DNA from: Laetmonice hystrix
Taxonomy: Eukaryota
DNA length: 64,000 nt
Assembly (NCBI GenBank): GCA_965235115.1
Contig: OZ249451.1
Span: 17,174,001 to 17,238,000 of the forward strand
Direction of reading: 5' to 3'
The notes under the pieces are model-generated. The model saw only the letters and a list, made by a program, of their open reading frames with translations, was not told where the DNA came from and did no database searches. Positions 58,151-64,000 of this stretch are shown one piece after another (the first letter of the stretch is position 1; the number at the start of each line of letters is the position of its first letter). The position numbers were made by a program, and so were the translations under genes.

Positions 58151-61100
58151 CTGGAATGAATATGGTTAAACGTTTTCTTTTGTCCACATTAGCATGTATG
58201 TGTGTGCGATGTATTTATGTTGGACAGAATCAATCGCCAAATTACACTAGTATCAGGTGAAACGTGAAAGTTTTTGATAACGTTCCAATGAATAAGTTTA
58301 TTTTGAGTTTCATGGACATTAGCATGTCACCAAGATTACTATTTCTTGTATACATTTCGCAAGTTTGGGTATGTTTCAAGAGCATGTGTGGTTGTGTTTG
58401 TTTGGGTGTCTGGGTCAGTTAAAGTGACTCACCTCGTCTACTATATCCTCATTGTCATCGATGTAGTCTTGTAGACTGAAGACAGGGTCAAAAGGTTCTT
58501 CAAAATTGTACATACTGGAACTGCGCTGCTCGTTATCTTTGTATTTGGTCACAGCCACCTACAGGAGCAGAATCGGAGTTATAAACATCCTGTCGATCGT
58601 TTGTAATACAAGGGCGATGACGACCAAATAGGGGAGTAAATTAGAACTAGTGTATTGATCAGGACAGGAAGTCTCAGAAACTCGTGCAGCTGTTGGGGTG
58701 GGATAGAGAAGCTGCCATTCTCTAATGTCAACCATTCTCTACTGAATATTCGAGTGATGGAGTGAGGACTTCTTTAGTGCGTCAAATTTAAAAACTGTTC
58801 CCTTGTGCTTCCGCACTCCCCTGATAGTTTGACATAGTACATAGTATAATGTAAAATAAAACATTGGAAAGCCTCAACCATGTTGTGTAGTAGTCCATTA
58901 AACTGTTGATAGCAATAGGTCTGAGTACATTTATGTTAAGAAGTCTGAAAGGCGGCCAAAAGTAGTCCAAAAACAAAAACTTTTATTTAAAAAAGTTAAT
59001 CTCACCTGGTATTTGGCCCATGCCCAGGCCCTGTTCCCGCGGTAGTCGGATGGCAGAAGAACTTTAGATGGATTAGCAGAATATATACGATAACCCCTTG
59101 CATCACCAAATTTGTTCGTCACCTTATTATTTGTGAAAACCAAATATTTGGGTGTGTCGAAATTATACTGGTATGCAGCCTCTCTCTCCTTCCTTTTTAG
59201 CCGCCTTTCTACCCTTCGGTTTAATATGGTTTTTGTTGGATTTAAAGAATCTGGTATTTCTTCAAGTTCAATATCAAGAGTTTCGAACTGGTTGATTCTC
59301 CCAGCGACATCAAGATCAACCTTGAAGTTTGCCAGATGGTGATGAATGTTTGCTAAAGCCCGATCCTCGACACGGTGACCATAGCGACGACCTTCGGTCC
59401 CCTGATAGTAGGTGGCGACGACATATCCGGTCAGCGATGTTTTCACTTCAACCTGCCCTGCCTGATGAAGCATGACGTCGATGATATAATCATAGTTATC
59501 GATTGTTGGTATGGTTCGAAAAACAAGGACATTATCTGGCATTCCTTGGAAGTGAGTGTAGCTGCCGTCATAGTCACTGGCAAAGTGACGTCTTAGCGGG
59601 ATGCCGCGGTCAAGCTCAAAGATACATATGACATTCTTGAAGGTCTTTGGTTTACCGTTGTGGTAGTGGACGGCACTGAAGAACTTAGCGTCATGGGGGC
59701 AGTCAACACCAGGAAAGATTTCTGTGTTCGAATATCCAAGTAGAGCGTCTGAATCAAAAAATACAGTGTGTGAGGAGGTCGGGTCACCACCCGAGTAAAA
59801 CACTGACAACTCCTGCATGCTCAACTCGTACGCGAGTCTTTCGCCAAGGAACCGCAAGTCGTGAATTTGGAATCCCGAAGAGGACCTCAGATTGAAGTCA
59901 AAACTCCACCCAAGCCAATCTACGTGCCGACCGCTTGTTGTAAACCGAATACCATCCGGGCTAGAAGATTCCCGTGGGCGTTGAGGGGATTTCGGTCTTG
60001 GAGTTCCTCGAAAATTCAGCGAGGATGGTAAATCCTCTTTGAGACTACTTGGCTCAGGAATATTTTGGATTTGAAGCTCCCCTCTCATATACGCGGCTTT
60101 CATTTCCTGGAAATTATTGAACATCTGTCCTTGCCACCAGACTGCGGATGTGGTCCAGTCATCTGGGTTGACATTTGCAATGTCGAGGACAAACTGCAAT
60201 CCTATAGGATGCAGAAATTTGCCCTCGATGTTTCGGATGAGATATCCAATCATTGTTCTCTTGCCAGGAACATTCTGAGCTGGTCCCCCTGGTGCCCAGG
60301 TGAGACATTTCGGCTTCGTACAGTTATTATAAGAATATCCTGAAGCTTGCACTAAAATATGATCAATGGCCATGATCTCATTTGCCACGAAAGCTGAAAT
60401 TAGAGGCATATCGTTTGGATTCAGTGGAGACCTCGACGTGTACGGAATCGGTTTCCGCCATGTTGGATTGTTGATCACTTCGTGTTGGGTTGGTGAGGGG
60501 ATCGGCCAGATGGCCAGCTCCTCGATCACGGGACGATCCAGGTTACCCCTGGTAAAGATAGTAAAACAACATCAGCTGGACATTGCGGTCACTCGTCAGG
60601 ACTGGCCTGGAGGTTAAGGCGGGTGGCCTAGAGGTTGAGACCTTGCCTAGAGGTTAGGGCGGGTGGAAGGTTTCCAACTTGTTCCAAGCTGACACTCCCC
60701 ATCAGAGGCGACCGGGAACCACCCTCACAGGAAAATTCAAAAACTTTTGTTTAAAAATGGTAAATTTTAAACACATATTTCAATTAATCTCTCCTTTGTC
60801 ATCTTATCGTTCCCTAAAATGTATGTATCGTTTTGAGATACTCGTTACAACTTACAGAGAGCAAGAGGGAGAGAGAGACAGAGAGACAGAGAGAGACAGA
60901 GACAGACAGAGACAGACAGAGAGAGAGAAATGTATAGATCGATGGATGGATAATAGGAAGGAAAACAATAGGCAGAAAGAAGCCACCAGGGCCGGGGGTT
61001 TGTTTACTTTTCCACCCTGAGCAAGGGTGAGCTGAGCTGAGCAAGGGCTAGCATGAGCATGTGAGAATGAGCTTATACACCCCCTTGCTCAGCTCAGCTC

Positions 61101-62027
61101 ACCCTTGCACAGGGTGGAAAAGTAAACCCAAAAACCGGACCCAGGTGAACTTAATAAGAGAAACGTACCGATATAAGACAGCTGTTGCCCTCCGTTCTGG
61201 AAGGCGTCCGTCTTCATCCAAGTATCGCAGAGCAGCAGACTTGGTCGGGTTCATGGCTTCCACGTAACGTATGTAAACCAGGTTGTTGACGCCTTTCCTG
61301 TATGGGGTAATGGCAAGCGACTCCTGGCTGTAGAGATAATCCAGGACCTCCTGCATTTCTGCTTCGGTTAGGTCAGCAAAGACGTCCGTTTTGTCGGAAT
61401 GGCTGAACACTGCAGGGTGAGAGAGGAAAAAGTACCCGATCACTTGTCAGTATTTAGAGGGTGTTTCAATGGAAAAGAAATCACATGCCGGGGCCAACAG
61501 TATTTGACAGGCGAGCAGTTCCGCGTAGATTTGTTTACATGAGCACTATACCCTCTTGATAAAGTATTAAGCAACATTCAATAATATCGAAGTATAAAAT
61601 ATGTTTATTTGGGACCTCGAGCATGTTTATCAACACAGGAGGGTTCATTGGTGAATTACAGGCCTACAAAGGAGCACATCATATAGCACTATATCTTCAG
61701 TCGGGGAGATAGGACTATTCACGACTGCCCAGCAACATAACTGAAAATCGGGAAGTATTTGTCCTCAAAAATGGCGATCATACTGCCCATAAAGACTCTG
61801 ACGCCCTTTCCCGTGTGGAGGGGCGCGTGGGAGAGTACACAATGGACTCTTCGCCATTCTCTCGGACCCTCCGTGACAGCCTCCGTGGCAGCCTCAGTTT
61901 CAAGGTACGGGAATATCCATGACTATGAGGATTGACTATGACCGACGCGATTCTATTGAAGCATACCTTGTGCCGTGCAGAGGATGATCAGGGCGCTGGC
62001 GATGCAGGACAAGTGACCCAGGCCCAT
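57806..62027 (-). CDS. AOC1-like: Copper-containing (TPQ) amine oxidase, AOC/diamine-oxidase family, 5 coding exons, 771 aa
   Basis: Exons 62027-61967, 61409-61169, 60548-59006, 58558-58433, 58150-57806 (2316 nt). Signal peptide [20 protein letters not shown]; [11 protein letters not shown]; catalytic Asp in FFDSD; TPQ motif IDNYDY; Cu ligands IHHHL and [14 protein letters not shown]. Confidence 0.93.
58433..58558 (-). CDS. Amine oxidase exon 4
   Basis: [18 protein letters not shown]...[10 protein letters not shown], phase 0-0. Confidence 0.88.
59006..60548 (-). CDS. Amine oxidase exon 3 (catalytic domain)
   Basis: [28 protein letters not shown]; donor CAG|GTGAG. Confidence 0.95.
60866..60930. 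repeat. (GA)n/(GACA)n microsatellite
   Basis: GAGAGAGAGACAGAGAGACAGAGA tract. Confidence 0.9.
60990..61141. mobile_element. Palindromic MITE, Harbinger-like
   Basis: Inverted arms GTTTACTTTTCCACCCTG...GCAAGGGTGAGCTGAGCTGAGCAAGGG; TSD CAG. Confidence 0.75.
61169..61409 (-). CDS. Amine oxidase exon 2
   Basis: [19 protein letters not shown]...[10 protein letters not shown]. Confidence 0.88.
61967..62027 (-). CDS. Amine oxidase exon 1 (signal peptide)
   Basis: [20 protein letters not shown], phase-1 donor |GTATG. Confidence 0.7.
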
Positions 62028-63484
62028 CGTGTACGTTCCGACAGATGTCGCTGCTGACTTCTATATAGGGGATAAAATTAGTCTTTTAGAGATATTGCCA
62101 GCACAGTTCACATTTACAGTACTGCAACAGGCGTTGTCATATCTCCACAAAAATGGAAACACCCAAATATTATGATTAAATGCGGTTTATTTTAAATATG
62201 TAGTCAGCCGTCTTAAAGTCTAGCTGACAACAGCATTTCGCCCCGTTTTATATTGAAGTTGCTTATGAAATCATAGAGACTAAACTCCGTTAATCCCACT
62301 CAACAGTATACGCGTAGGCCTACTTCTGGTAACCCAGAGCCAGAGATATGTTGTGTTTTGAGATCAGCACAAGAGCGATGGACTCTCTAGAAACAAGAAC
62401 TCATCGGAGTCACAGCCCAAACTGTGCAGGAAATAATTATCTGTGTGTATTGAATTCCTATCCACGTTACAAATAGCAAAACGTATTAGCCATTGGTAGT
62501 GTAGGTATTATAATCAATATGTTTTTGTGGTGATAGTTATGTTATCTAATTAAACACTAATTGTGAAATTGAGGAGTGTGATTCACACCAGGTGTCGCTG
62601 CCTGTATGAACTACTCATCATCCCTAGAGACAGATACCCCACCTCTGATTTTATCAGACGATCTCGGTCATGGGAGAGGAAGATAGCGCCCAGGTCCCAG
62701 GCAGCCGCCCGATTATGATCAAGATCCGGCGGCTGAAATGATAATACAACACTAGGGGGCAGCACCATACAGAAAGATGGCAGTAACAGTTATCATAGTT
62801 ACATAAAACAAGAAGCCAAATAATTGAACCCTTATAAGTATGTATTTAGTTGCCAGTCTATACATTCTGGGATAATCCCTACCCGGGTCTCTGTGAAATG
62901 GTTCCTTTCAGGCACATTTTCACCGCTTTACCTGGGGACTGTATACAGACCGCTGAAACGACCAGTTAAAATGGCCTATACGCGGCAATTCTACAGTGAT
63001 CTGGAAAACCTAGTAAGTCGAGTTTTTGTCCAATTTGAGTTAATCCCATTTTTGGACTTACTAGGTTTTGCCCTTTCGTATAGTCCTATACAAGTGATCA
63101 GAACTCTACGCAATTCATAGTTCTTGACCTGGAAAAACCTAGCGTTTCCAGCACCTTAATCCCAGGAATGGCCTGTTTTTGTAGAATTTGAGATAGAACC
63201 TACCTGCCTATAGGCCTACAGGTCACAGGTTCGACAGAGTACTACCTACAGGCCTCCTTGACATAAGGAAGCCGCGTACAACCTATATACTGAATGGCAG
63301 CTTGTAGAGCCGATACGCATGTTCCCTCCCTCATGTTCCTCACATCTGTCGGTCAAACAGGTCATTTTTCTATCTACATTCGGGCTTCGCCCGAGTAGGT
63401 TATAGGCCTACTCCGTACGACGTACGTCAACATAGGATAACTGTTAATATCCATCCGTCACGCACTGAAAATCTTTTTGACTTT

Positions 63485-63762
63485 TAAGGACCCGCCTACA
63501 CTAAGCCGATCTTTTTTACCCGACGGACCGATCTTCATCCGACCGACAAGTTCGGGCGAAGATCGGGTGGAAAGTTCGGGTGAGAATTTTCCTTGGCATA
63601 GTAGCCGAACTTTTGAACAGACAGTACAAATGGTCTACACTAATTTTCACTCGACCGAACTTCACCCGACCGAAAGTTCGGGTGAAGCTCGGGTGGAAAG
63701 TTAGAACTCCACCCGATCGCCCGATCACCAAAGTTCGGGTGAAGATCGGCTTAAGGGCTTAA
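63485..63762. mobile_element. Probable MITE/foldback remnant
   Basis: TAAGCCGATCTT ... AAGATCGGCTTA inverted ends; internal AAGTTCGGGTGAAG repeats in both orientations. Confidence 0.45.
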
Positions 63763-64000
63763 GATGTTAGTAACTAGACCCCGTCGGAGTCACAGCCCCC
63801 AACTGAGTAGGAACAAATTTTCTGTGGGTCCAGGAACTATGTGTACTTTTGGCACGCTTGTTACCCCTCATGCTTTCTGTCAGCAAGAACGAAATCCAGA
63901 AAATGTCAGAGTTATTGCTTCGAATTTCTTTATATCCAAGATGGCCACGAAGCAGCCATTTTTAATGATATTTTTGACCTGTGTCCTCCCTATAGACTGT

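Overview
Animal (probably marine invertebrate) nuclear DNA with spliceosomal introns, many minisatellites and MITEs. I reconstructed three minus-strand genes exon by exon; every intron is GT-AG and every junction keeps the frame. (1) An 8-exon, 451-aa glutamine-synthetase-fold ligase (1205-24229) whose motifs match the bacterial GlnT/GmaS (gamma-glutamylmethylamide synthetase) subfamily rather than animal GLUL. The ORF track shows only fragments of it. Its 18.3-kb first intron holds two Academ transposon derivatives, a Penelope-like retroelement with a hammerhead ribozyme, and several satellites. (2) A 10-exon, about 1557-aa membrane protein (27549-38819): signal peptide, CUB, 3xLDLa, 2xEGF, a beta-helix-like region, a Cys-rich region and about 9-10 TM helices. 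(3) A 5-exon, 771-aa copper amine oxidase (57806-62027). Between (2) and (3) lies a tandem array of about 15 kb with 37 tRNA-Ser genes (26 AGA, 11 CGA), higher-order repeat structure and degenerate edges. All family assignments rest on motif recognition from memory; no database search was run.
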